The notes beneath the pieces are model-generated. The model made no database searches, was not told the DNA's origin, and was given only the letters and a program-made list of their open reading frames with translations. The translations under genes and the position numbers were made by a program. DNA of 59,040 nt, filler included, from Sphacelaria rigidula (lineage: Eukaryota), in NCBI GenBank assembly GCA_964200075.2. It is 4 parts of 4 records of this genome, joined end to end, with 100 filler letters (N's around TTAATTAATTAA, not from the genome) between each part and the next. Parts side by side here need not be neighbours in the genome. Positions count along the whole stretch, not along the records: positions 14,791 to 29,477 come from CAXNAA020002097.1; positions 29,578 to 44,259 come from CAXNAA020002098.1; 2 more parts are not named here. One strand, written 5' to 3'. Within the stretch, counting starts at the first letter, position 1; each line of letters begins with the position of its first letter. Positions 24,835 to 35,425 of the stretch are shown piece after piece.

Positions 24835-25723
24835 CCCTTAGACGACGAGCGTCGCCTCGGAAGAGTTGAACGGGCTGACAGTCCCGAGACATCCAGGGGT
24901 TTACAGGGCTTCAGGGGGGGGGAGGGGGTGGGGGGGGGGGTGTCTCTCCGCGGAGCATCGGAGAAGCTCACAGAGTCAACCATCTGTGCTGGAAGTTTTT
25001 CGCGGAAAATTATGAGCCGTGCACGAGGCCCGAGAGGGGCGGGATGACCATTCTGACCAATCACAGTCGTCGAAATGAGCACTTTTGTTCCGGTAGAGGT
25101 AAACACCTGGTAGATACATTCGCCGTCTACCCTCAAATCTCATTTTGACCATCCCAAATCAACCATAGATTATATAACCAAAAAGCAAGTGTTTGAGCAT
25201 CTTCGGTGAACTGTGTCTGCTCAGTAGTGCCTGAGCGTCCTACTAGCTCCTCACCTCCATCTGGTATAAAACGTCATGGCGCAACATGCGAGCAACGGCC
25301 ACGAGTATCCTCCACACCTAGATGTAGAGAAGTACTTCAACGGTGAGGTGATCACCATCGCCGAGCAATTGCTCTACGGTAGTCAGGGGCGTTCGCGGCG
25401 GTAGTCATGGTGCGATATCCAAACGCACGCTGCTTACACTGGGCACGTTCAACACTGTGAGATCTAGTATACTGAAGACTGCACGTGCAGCCGCGGCACG
25501 ATACACTACAGACTGCACAGCAAAAATATGACGCGTAATAATCAGGTGGTTGACAACCACACCACTGTCTGTGGTATGACTCTCACAACTTTTTGCCTCT
25601 TATGCACTCCCGGTCCCTTCGGCCGTAGATCAGGCGTTTTGAGTTGTGACAAGGGAATGATTTTGAACCCAAAAAGTGGAGTGTCTACCTCAGTCTACCA
25701 GAAGGGGGGTCGCTGGCGAAGGG
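24835..25723. mobile_element. piggyBac-like non-autonomous element
   Basis: TTAA|CCCTT...AAGGG|TTAA termini (TTAA at 24831-24834 and 25724-25727). No transposase ORF. Confidence 0.7.
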
Positions 25724-25727
25724 TTAA

Positions 25728-26438
25728 GGGCAATAATCAGTTTTCAGGTATCAGTAAAATGCCCTCAACTCATGAAAAAAAACTTTTGGTACCGATGTTT
25801 TTTTTCATGCCCTCTGCATTGTCCTTCCCAATTGTTACGCCCCAACTCTAAATATTGGCCGTATCAGTAAAATGTCCCTGACTGATGAGAAAAAAAAAAA
25901 TGTCCCGACGTTTTTTTTTTCATGCCCTGTGCATTGTTCATACCAAAAATTTACTCTCCAACTCTAAATATTGGCCGGAGCATGGACCTGCAAACTTCAA
26001 ATCCGCCTCGAGGCTTGCCCAGCTCGTATGGACAATGAATTCCGCCGCGCCCCGGTGGTGTCATGGTCTGACTGTCGCCGTTAGGGTGGAGAGAACGGGG
26101 GTTCGATTCTCGATGCGTTGGGTTTTTTTGTCGTAATGTATTATTTCCACCGTGGAAAGCGTGAGAACGTGCGTAAACAAGGTAGTCGACTGAGTTTTTG
26201 TGACGTGAGTAGTTGACGCAGTGCGGGAGTGCTGACCCAATCCGCGAGACCAAAATGAAAGGCGCGTACCGGGGGAGATATGGGATGATCCCTCGAGACC
26301 ACGGACTCATCCCGAGGAAGGGGAGAGGTTCAATGTGTGAGGAAAACAAGAACAAAAACAATACCCATGGACCCATTTTTTTTTTTTTTCTCATGAGTAA
26401 AAGGGAGTTTACTGATACCTGAAAATCGATTATTGCCT
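25728..26438. mobile_element. MITE with ~55-bp TIRs (PIF/Harbinger-like ends) and an internal tRNA-like segment
   Basis: GGGCAATAATCAGTTTTCAGGTATCAGTAAA...CTCATGA versus TCATGAG...TTTACTGATACCTGAAAATCGATTATTGCC, with TAA/TTA flanks. There is an internal ~115-bp duplication and A/B-box-like sequence at 26048-26115. Confidence 0.75.
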
Positions 26439-27138
26439 TTAACGCATGAGAAATAGAGACCTTGGGTACTTGCGTTTTTGTTCATCGCGCCCTATTCATT
26501 GACAATATGTATGCAGTCCCACGACATCAATATATATATATTACATCGGCAGTATATCGCAAAATTCCAATATGATCGACTGTAATATATATTGGAAACC
26601 TTCTGTAGTGTCCAGGGTGTGATATATACTGGTGCCTTACCGCACCAACACATTACTCGGCCAATATATAGTGAGGTGGTATGTGTCGTGATATATTGTT
26701 CGGTCGATATATATTGCATGTCGTCAGCCTTGACATATTGATGGCACAGTATTCATTGACCTGTCTCTCGTGCCATCATGTTGCTCCCCCGGTATGTATT
26801 GACCACCCGACGCGTCGACATATTGGGCGGTCATATATATCACATTGTATTGTCCAGGGTGTGAAACATGAGCATTTCTGGGTGTGGGACCCGCAGCATC
26901 TTGGCGGTACCAGTAGTATGCCAAGGAAACAATTCCTGCTGTTGCTCGTATTTGTGCCTCGTGATGTTCACAAGGGCAGTGAACGTGGTGTGGTGGCGCG
27001 CGGGCGTATGCTTCTCAAGTACTACAGCAACGAACAGCAGCAGTACCGTAGCACAACAGTAGCAGGAGCAGCAGGTTTTACCCTCTTCCTGTTCCCCTGT
27101 GCACACGTGTATAGCAGCGTCCGTCATAGGCTTGTTAA

Positions 27139-28739
27139 CTCTTTTGGGACCGACCCCCCACTAACACAGGGTTGACCCTTTGTTGGTGAAATGATAAAAA
27201 AAACTAGTCTTCGAGCGACCTGCCCAATCACGGCGAGGCGAAATTTATCTACCAGACCCGAACGACCAGTGCTGGTATCGTTGGCGAGTATGATGCCACT
27301 GTAAAAATCGTGTGGGGACTCTATCCCTGGCCCAGATAAGCCTTCGCAGATTTCCAAGCGCAGGGCGGTCGGAACTTGGTTATATGATATGACTTGCACA
27401 CGGTGTACCGTTCCCAGGTTTTTCGGTGGGTTTTTTGGGTCACAATTCTATACTAAAACGTAGTCATTACGCTAACACAGGGTCGACCGGAAAAGCCGGG
27501 AAGGAGTGTTCGGGGTGGGCCAACCTGGCACGTTTGTATATCAGTATTTGTACATAAGGGAAGCACCGCTTTGACGGGCTGCAGCATCGGGTGGCGAGTT
27601 TGCCAAGCCACACCGTACATACAGCACGGTATGGCTGTACCCAGCGAAATCCCGTCAACACATGTGGGAGGCACAGTGTAATCGCAGGCGTCCGAACAGG
27701 CGATATACATGTACACGGGAGGGAGCTGACGGACACCGCCTACCGTAATCACGCCAGATGAAAAACACTACAGTCAGTAAATACAGTAGGTTACAGTATT
27801 GACTTGCGCCTACACTCCGTGCAAGATAAATATGGGCATGTCGTGAAAAGTCGGCCACGAGCGTAGACGGCACGAGAGGATAGCGGTAGCCGGCGTCATG
27901 AATCTCATGCAGCATGAAGTATGTCTATGCAACGGTCGGGAACGATCAACCCGCGGTATAGATGTGGTGGGGCAACTGTGCCTTTCGCTACGCCGTTGTG
28001 TAATAGTCAGCCCGAAGTATGATGCTGTCGGCGCGTGCTTGGCAGAGCGCAGTTCTGTGCATGCCCCGCGTTTCACAGAGATATTTTCGAAACGCAATAC
28101 AGACATGACACGAAGCAGTAAGGTATCACCCCTGGGGCGACAGCACTTGGCAGACTCTACACCACAGTGACGGTGCATAACTGCAGGGCACATGGCGTTT
28201 GCGTCGCCTTTACCCATTTTTCAAAGGGTGGGATGGTGCTGTCGGAACGTGCATGAGCGCGATGTTGTGCATGACGTAAGTCTGCAGTCGAGATTACCCC
28301 AAACTGCTGTAAACACACCCAGTACTGTACAGGGCAGTGCCGCAGCACCCCCGGTGGCACGGAAAGTTGACTGCCTGGGATTGCATACCGCCAGTTCATA
28401 CATTTAGCGAAGGTGCCATCGGCGTTGCCCTTGTTGCTATGACACTGCGAAGAGTATAAACTGCAGCGGGCAGGGCTTGCAGGTCAGGCCGGAAGCATGC
28501 TTCACAGAGGCCTGTCGCGCATTGTGGCCGAGCAAGGACCTCATGAGTGTAAAAAAAAAGCCGACGGATCGCAGCAAGAAAATAGAAAACCTTCTCTTGT
28601 TCCACGTGTCACTCGGACGGGTCTGAAAAATACGCGTTTGGCCAAAATTGTTGCGTCTAAGCTATGAACCATCAACCATATCTTGCTCAAAAGTCGTCAA
28701 TTACAAATGATCAATTTTCCATTGTGAGTTCCAAAAGGG
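27139..28739. mobile_element. piggyBac-like non-autonomous element (1.6 kb)
   Basis: TTAA|CTCTTTTGGGAC ... GTTCCAAAAGGG|TTAA (10/12 TIR match, TTAA on both sides). Internal repeat CTAACACAGGGTYGACC at 27161 and 27472. Confidence 0.65.
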
Positions 28740-29477
28740 TTAAGCAATGTACTATCTCATCTTATATGTATTCTGCAGACAGGTGTCGATGCACACTTTC
28801 ACAATAATACTGTCCAAAGTTGGTCTTCATTTCCACCAATAACGGTACAGCATCACCATCACAACCACCACCACCACCATGAGTAAAGACCGTAAAAAGG
28901 TAAGTTCAGTTGACATAATGTACCATGCCTGCAAGATAAAACGTGCTCGAAATGTGCCAGCACCGTCTCGAGAGTTTGAGACTGTGAAAGCATGGTAGGA
29001 AGAGAGTAGTATCTTGTTTTGTATGTATCGCTGCAGTAGTCCAGTTGGTCCCAGTGTTCACCACTCGCAGAGAAAGCTTGGAAGCATGTACACCACGACA
29101 ACGGCTCCGCAAAGACATATACATGCTGACTCTGGATGCACTTGACGTGTTGCTCACAACCGGTCAGGGGTTCTCCATCACGAAGTTCTCCACAGGTGAC
29201 CAACAACCTCGTGTTGTTTTGAATGGGCGTCTTGTCTTCGAAAAAACAACTGCTCTAAACCCAAAATGTGCCGTAGGTGCTTAGAGTCGACCTCGGGGGG
29301 TTTCGCAGCTCAAGGGTAGAACGCCTGGCCTTTGTTGATTCGCTGTTCGGACTTCAGATTTTATACTGTACTATAGACAGTTGAGTAAGGACCCCCCCCC
29401 CCCTCAGTGTCAACCTTGTATTTTCTCTGAACATGCGAGATACCGCTCATCCAAACGATGTGCCGCTTTCGGCATTT

Positions 29478-29577
29478 NNNNNNNNNNNNNNNNNNNNNNN
29501 NNNNNNNNNNNNNNNNNNNNNTTAATTAATTAANNNNNNNNNNNNNNNNNNNNNNNNNNNNNNNNNNNNNNNNNNNN
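29478..29577. other. Artificial contig spacer
   Basis: 44 N + TTAATTAATTAA + 44 N. Confidence 0.97.
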
Positions 29578-29744
29578 GATGCCAGTAGTACGTCGTGTGC
29601 ATGTGCTTACACTTACGGATGTGCACACCATTGGCTGCTTTCAGCTTTGGAACCCAATATGTGTTGTAGAATCGAAGCGGTTTTGTCTCCATCGACTGTG
29701 ATCGGTTGAATATTATGACGTGTCCCCCTGTCCGCGTCATGCAG

Positions 29745-29877
29745 TGTTGGTGCGGACCTGCCTCGAGCGACTACACCAAGCACGGTGAATCTGACCACTG
29801 CACAATGAGGTGCGCCGGCGATGACAAACTGATCTGCGGCGGCTACGACGCCATGAACATGTATACACTCCGCAAAG
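29745..29877 (+). CDS. WSC domain / knottin-repeat protein, WSC C-terminal exon (gene 5'-truncated by contig end)
   Basis: CAG|...G|GTGAGG. Encodes CWCGPASSDYTKHGESDHCTMRCAGDDKLICGGYDAMNMY, the C-x-CG...C-x3-C-x-G-x5-CGG...Y WSC signature. FGTQY lies just upstream at 29646-29660. Confidence 0.9.
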
Positions 29878-30009
29878 GTGAGGAATGGCGGCAAGTGGGC
29901 AATACGTGCGTCTTGTTGGCGAGCAATATTTGCGCCCTGTTGGGTACAAGGAAGGCACCGTACTAGAGGCCAGAGAACTCGTTCTCGAGGGGCTGAGTTG
30001 AGCGCTCTG

Positions 30010-30228
30010 GTGTATTGTGTTGGAGGACCGCGTGCTTTTTGGGTCGCATCGGTGCGTGAACACTCCCATGGCTAGGGCTAGGGTCAGGGTCAGGGTCAGT
30101 GTTAGTGTCAGTGTCAGGGGCGCGGTCCCTCCAGGGACTGGCCCGAGCTGTCTTGAAAAACGTCGGTTCCGGGGTGTTTTGAACTCCGATGCGGTCCAAA
30201 CAACACGCGGTCCTCCCACACATTACGC
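30010..30228. mobile_element. Telomere-repeat MITE, divergent subfamily copy (intronic)
   Basis: TIR GGAGGACCGCGTG / CACGCGGTCCTCC. Internal GCTAGGG/GTCAGGG variants. Same layout as 412-624. Confidence 0.75.
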
Positions 30229-30324
30229 TATCTTCCGCCTTCCCTGGCCCCCGGTGCTGCTTCCCGCCCTCGTCCGTCACGTGGGTTCTGCTGTGCCATG
30301 TACCGGCCATCACTCCTGCTGTAG

Positions 30325-30414
30325 ATGAGTGTTCTGGAGAGCATGAAAAGTGCGAGAGGCAGTCGGACTGCTGCGACGAGTTCATCTGCCGCGGTACCCC
30401 TGATCTAGTCAAGG
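30325..30414 (+). CDS. WSC/knottin protein, knottin exon 1 (phase 1-1, 90 nt)
   Basis: TAG|...G|GTGAGT. Encodes DECSGEHEKCERQSDCCDEFICRGTPDLVK, in frame with the WSC exon. Confidence 0.88.
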
Positions 30415-31142
30415 GTGAGTTCCATGTTGCGTGTTGATAGTGTGACTCAAGTATATCGTCCAACCTCTATTTTCACTGTCGATTTTTCGGCACGAGCTTA
30501 GCGGGAAGTAACCGCCTAACACGTACGACTCATGCTTTGGTTCCTCATCACGCGCGGGTACCCGACGGAGTCCGTGCCTGACAGTTTTATACCGTTCAGC
30601 GGGAGACGAGTGGGGCGTACTCACGCTCCCTACAAGAAAGTTGAATAGATGGTGACTGAGTCTACAACGTTCGCTGAATTATAATTCAGTCAGCGCATAT
30701 GTGCTGCCGCAAGTGTGCTTAACAGCCACCATGTATCCCCATCGAGCTCTCACGAGACAGCGCCACACACCTCTGACCGTCAACACGCTACTCGAGGTCA
30801 CGCCATTCGTGTTTCATGTGTCCCAAGCGCAATGAAGGTGTGACTGCCGCTGTGCCGGCCTGTTGGTGCTTGGTCGGCAGCGAGTCGGCTCAAACTGCCA
30901 TGGTTTGGTTTCCAATCATGGTTCGCCTGGCCCAAGGAGACCCAAGAGAGCCTCGTGCAATGTACTGTAGCTGCTGGGCGGTTTCAGCACGCAAGTACAC
31001 TGTCCCTACGTATCCCCTTCATTGTGGGGCTTGGAGCGACTCTAAGCTGTACGAGCGAATGCTACCCCATAGATGCCGCATGAATTATACTTGGGAACCT
31101 GACGATAGTGCTTCCGCGTGCCGTGCGGTCTCGCGTCTTCAG

Positions 31143-31271
31143 TCTGCCAGAAACCACTGGAACCTACGCCGGCTCCCGTCGACTCGTGTGGTGCGGAACG
31201 CGAAGAGTGCGAGTTTCAGTCGGACTGCTGCGACGACTTGGTGTGCAGCGGTACCCCCGAACTAATCAAGC
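31143..31271 (+). CDS. WSC/knottin protein, knottin exon 2 (phase 1-1, 129 nt)
   Basis: CAG|...C|GTGAGT. Encodes VCQKPLEPTPAPVDSCGAEREECEFQSDCCDDLVCSGTPELIK and is paralogous to the previous exon. Confidence 0.88.
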
Positions 31272-31629
31272 GTGAGTCACCTACTGCCGGCGTCATCTTT
31301 AAGGGAACACAAAGTTTTGTCTCTCGGTGTTTTCCTTCAGAGCGATACAGTTGAATCTAAGTCCCACCTCTCGCCTTACCCGGCAGCTGTGAAGAAGTGG
31401 GCGTGTTCTCTATTTCTGCATTGTCATTCGGCCGCCATCCAGGGGTCTGTCGAAAAACGATTTTTCAACACGTAGGCCCCAAGATCGAAAATCCGAGTTT
31501 ATGAGGGGGCGGGACACCCAGCCTGCCATCTCCTAGTTTATAGCCGAGGCGTCGGTGGATGCGGTCGGCTGCCGTTTGCAGAGTTCCCTTGGCATGGAGA
31601 TCGCTGAGATGGCGGACACGCCGCTCCCA

Positions 31630-31842
31630 CTGTTATGAGTGAGAGGACCGCGGGCTTAGAGGACCGTATCGGAATTTGAACATCCTTATGGTTAGGGTTA
31701 GGGTCAGGGTTAGTGATGGGGTTATAGTCAGGGGTGTGGTACGTGCAGGGACTGACCCGAATGGTTTTGAAAAACGTCGATCCTCAGGTGTTTTGAACTA
31801 CGGCGCGATCCTCTAAGCACGCGGTCCTCTCACGCATTACAC
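31630..31842. mobile_element. Telomere-repeat MITE, copy B (intronic)
   Basis: Collinear with 412-624 along its whole length. GGTTAGGGTTAGGGTCAGGGTTAG at 31690-31713. Confidence 0.82.
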
Positions 31843-32280
31843 CCCCCCAAGACCATCGTAGGGTACATCATCTACCATGATACATTTATGGAATCATGTT
31901 CCGTATCGTGTGCTTCGAGTGTCTGCCAGTAGTCCGGGCAAGTTTGATGAGGCGTGAGATAATGTTGCTACTTTGACTACAGGCTGTTGCTACCGTGCGC
32001 TCGTGTGCGTGCATGTGTGTGAGCGTGGCCGACATCCGAGAACATCGGGACAGAGTGGACCAGAAGCAGAAGCAAATAGACGAACCTCGCGAAGCCCACT
32101 TGACCTTTCTTGCAACAAAAGTCGAGAAGAATATTATGAAACTATGACGATTTTCGGAAAAATGCCCTCCGGGAGAGGAGGAGGAGGTGGACCTACGTCC
32201 CCAAACCTATTTTTGGACAGATCTCTGCATCATCTTATGTTTTCGATTCGTGCATCCTGTGGACATTTGGGCCTTTGCAG

Positions 32281-32439
32281 TGTGTCAGAGGCCGGTCATG
32301 GAGCCCGAACCACGCCGCACACCTGTGCCTGCCCCAGCACCGCGTGATGACTGCAAGAAAGCCGGATACGTGTGCATCACCAACTCTGACTGTTGCACCG
32401 ATCTGACTTGCCGAGGTGGAGCTGGAGGCGGGGAGAAGA
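32281..32439 (+). CDS. WSC/knottin protein, knottin exon 3 (phase 1-1, 159 nt)
   Basis: CAG|...A|GTGAGT. Encodes LCQRPVMEPEPRRTPVPAPAPRDDCKKAGYVCITNSDCCTDLTCRGGAGGGEK. Confidence 0.88.
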
Positions 32440-34219
32440 GTGAGTTCTAATGTAAATAGCCATCATGTTGAAAAAAGACGTGACACGCACATGTCCTTTA
32501 AATCTTTGAACCCGACATTCCATTATGAGTATTGGAACTACAAAGACATCTCTTCGCCCAACAACGGAAAGTACGACGTGCATTGAGGCATATAGATGAA
32601 TTAAAAAACGAAACTGCGCGAATATGACCCACCCGAGAACAAAATGTTTTGAAACGATACAAAAAAACCAAAACCAGCCGTAGACATCATCAGTACAACA
32701 CATAGGTCACCTGGGTATATCAAATGACATCTGAAGAGGGTAGCTTCCGTCAGGTGCCGGTCCCATACAACAGCCGATCGTCGAAATTCTGGATGAAGCT
32801 TTTCATTGAGGATGAGGATCCGGAGGATCAAAATCCTGTATCCACACCAAATCTTCGGAATATGGGTCCATTCCTTCACCCACTGATAGCTATCGACAAC
32901 AGCTACACGCCCTTCAGATTTGGATTTCGATAATCGACGAATTGGGGTCCTAGATGAAGAAATAAACTTGCGGAATTTGGGTGATGCGATTGGTGCAATG
33001 TTTGTCATACTCCCATCACACTTGCCGATTCTACAATCGATTATTCTCTCGAATTTTCACCCCGAGCCGGTCCAACGGTGACAACGAACATGACGCACTA
33101 AGGCATGACTCATCACAAATATATATACATATATATATATATATTTCCGGGGTTAAAACTACGCTGTTACGATTCTTTCGAGCCATTTTTCTCCATTCCG
33201 ATCACAACTGACGGTTCCGCCGTGAAATAGGCGCTCGAAATTTTACCCTGAGCCGGCCGAAGGGTAACGTCCAAAATCATGAGTAGTGGGACATGAGTCG
33301 GGACAGAAATACGCTTTTCATATATTCTGCTTTTTTTGCGTGACAAAAGTGTGGATGCGCTTCTTCCAAGCCATCGTTTGCTCGATTCCAATCACAACCC
33401 ATGATTCTACTGTGCGATATTCGTTCGAAATGTCTACCCCGAGCCAGCCCAAGGATGACGTCCAAAACCATGAATATTAAGGTATACCTTATTGGAACGG
33501 TTCTGTTAGACTATAATAGAGCGTTTCCGCCACCCAAATATTAGGGAAATAGCGTCGAGGATTCATTAGCTCTACGTCTCCATAAAATAGTATTTAAAAA
33601 AAACGAGATTCTGCACAAATTGTTGTTCGTCCTCTACTGTCCAGATACATTGCACTACAACAGGGGAATCCAGTAGTCAATCCACTTGACAATATGAAGC
33701 ATTCATAATATGCTCTAAATAAACGCAGCAGCAAACACATGCTACACCAGTATAATAAGTACTTGGTACTACTGATCTGTTCGAGTATGCCCGCACTATA
33801 TCCTGTGTGTGTCCCAGCTGAAGCCTCAAGTTTGGGGGTTGGGAGTAGCAGCTTGGAGTGATGTATGGTCTATGGTCTATATAAGTTGTGAGTGAATATT
33901 CCATGGAGTGAATAATAAGAGAAAATAAAATATATCTGCTCTGTGGTATCTATCCCTAACACTTCATTAGTGCTCGGTGCCAGCGATTATGATAGCTGCC
34001 CCTTCCCCCCCCCCTCCCTCTTGCTCCGTCTCGAAAGGGATGCGTGGTCAATGGTCAAATGAGTACGCCCCCCCCCCCCTCCCTCTCCATCTTGTTTTCT
34101 CGATTTCTGTTAGAATTTGCAGCATATATTTGCACGTTTTCGCACGAAATAAACTACCGTGGTTGACCAGCGATGCCCCGTCAACTACTGTCGTCTCTCG
34201 CCGCCGCGTACGTTTGCAG

Positions 34220-34230
34220 CGTGCCAGTAA
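34220..34230 (+). CDS. WSC/knottin protein, terminal coding micro-segment (T-C-Q-stop)
   Basis: TTTGCAG|CG TGC CAG TAA. Phase-1 compatible, and supplies the same x-C-Q that opens the two previous exons, completing the third six-Cys module. Confidence 0.75.
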
Positions 34231-35425
34231 AGCCAACACCTCTGACTTCGACCCGCTGTGGGACTCGTGTTCACGTCAGCTGCTGTCCTAGTTGGTGGTG
34301 CTAGCGTAGTTTTGGGGAGAATATGATTGGCCGTCGATCGCTTCGTCAACTACAACGGCAGGGTCCCGCAATTTCGGTCGCAGGGAAGATAGTTACATGC
34401 CCCGTACTGACTACGTGTCTGACTTGAGGGTTCGCGACTCCCCCGAAACTTCAATCACCGATATATTGACACCCAGCGTGAGGTTACTGGATGAAGTTTC
34501 AGCGCACAGGTAGTCAGTTGTTATACTGTAGGAGCATCCGCGCAAGAGAAGCTGCGGTAAGGATAGGTAGATGGTCAAAACACATTATTTGTTCTTCGTG
34601 TTGATCATATTTTTGCGCCCTCTTGGGCTCAGCACAAGATCGGTTCGGAGCCAACTGGTGTAGTTGTGAACCTCCCCAGGAGTGTATTTCGATATTGGAG
34701 CACATAGGATGAGGGAGGTGGGGGTCAGGGGTACTGTAATAAATACGTGGTCACGAGCACTGTGCTATAGTGTACGTGATGTAGATTTTCATGAAGACTT
34801 TAATGTGTGGTAGAGTCCTGAGGCCGCGCTTTCGCCAGCAGAGCGGAAACATGGTCGGGTAGATCCCTGTGCTGCAGTACTATGTGATGCAACGTGGCAT
34901 CGTGCTTCCGTAGTTCACATGAGAACGTCGAGGTTTCTCCAGGGGGTGGTGCATTCCGTTACTTTCGGTATGGACGAGTTGGTGTGGTGTTGGATTCAAC
35001 GAGTTGAGTCTTGCGCGCCGTAAATGCTTCCTGTGACGGATTTAGATGTCCAGTGAGCTGTACCGTATGTAATATTTCAACAACTCAAACTGTGAACTGC
35101 GGGAGATCCTGTACGCCGTAATTTTGATTACTTTGGACAGGCGGTTCATTCCGTATGATAATCTAAGTTTGATCAGGTGTCAAATATCGTTATTCTTGGA
35201 GCGTGCGCTCCGACAAAGGCAAAACGACCCACGAGTGTTGCCGAACAGTCTCATCTTCAGGACATCATTCGTGTATGCTTGTTTAGTTGTTTTTGCCTTC
35301 TCGGTGTGTTTTGTGGTTGGTCTCGCTGGTTCACTCCGCCTTCCTGCACCGCGTGGATATTGTCTATCTTGGCGTGTTACGCATTCTCCTCCTGTCTTGG
35401 ACATGGGGTGTTGGTGGTTATAGCT

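Noticed and set aside
28851-28909. Exon-like ACCACCATG...MSKDRKK|GTAAG as the first exon of the WSC gene
   Set aside because: It lies on the other side of an artificial spacer, so linkage is unsupported, and it encodes no signal peptide.
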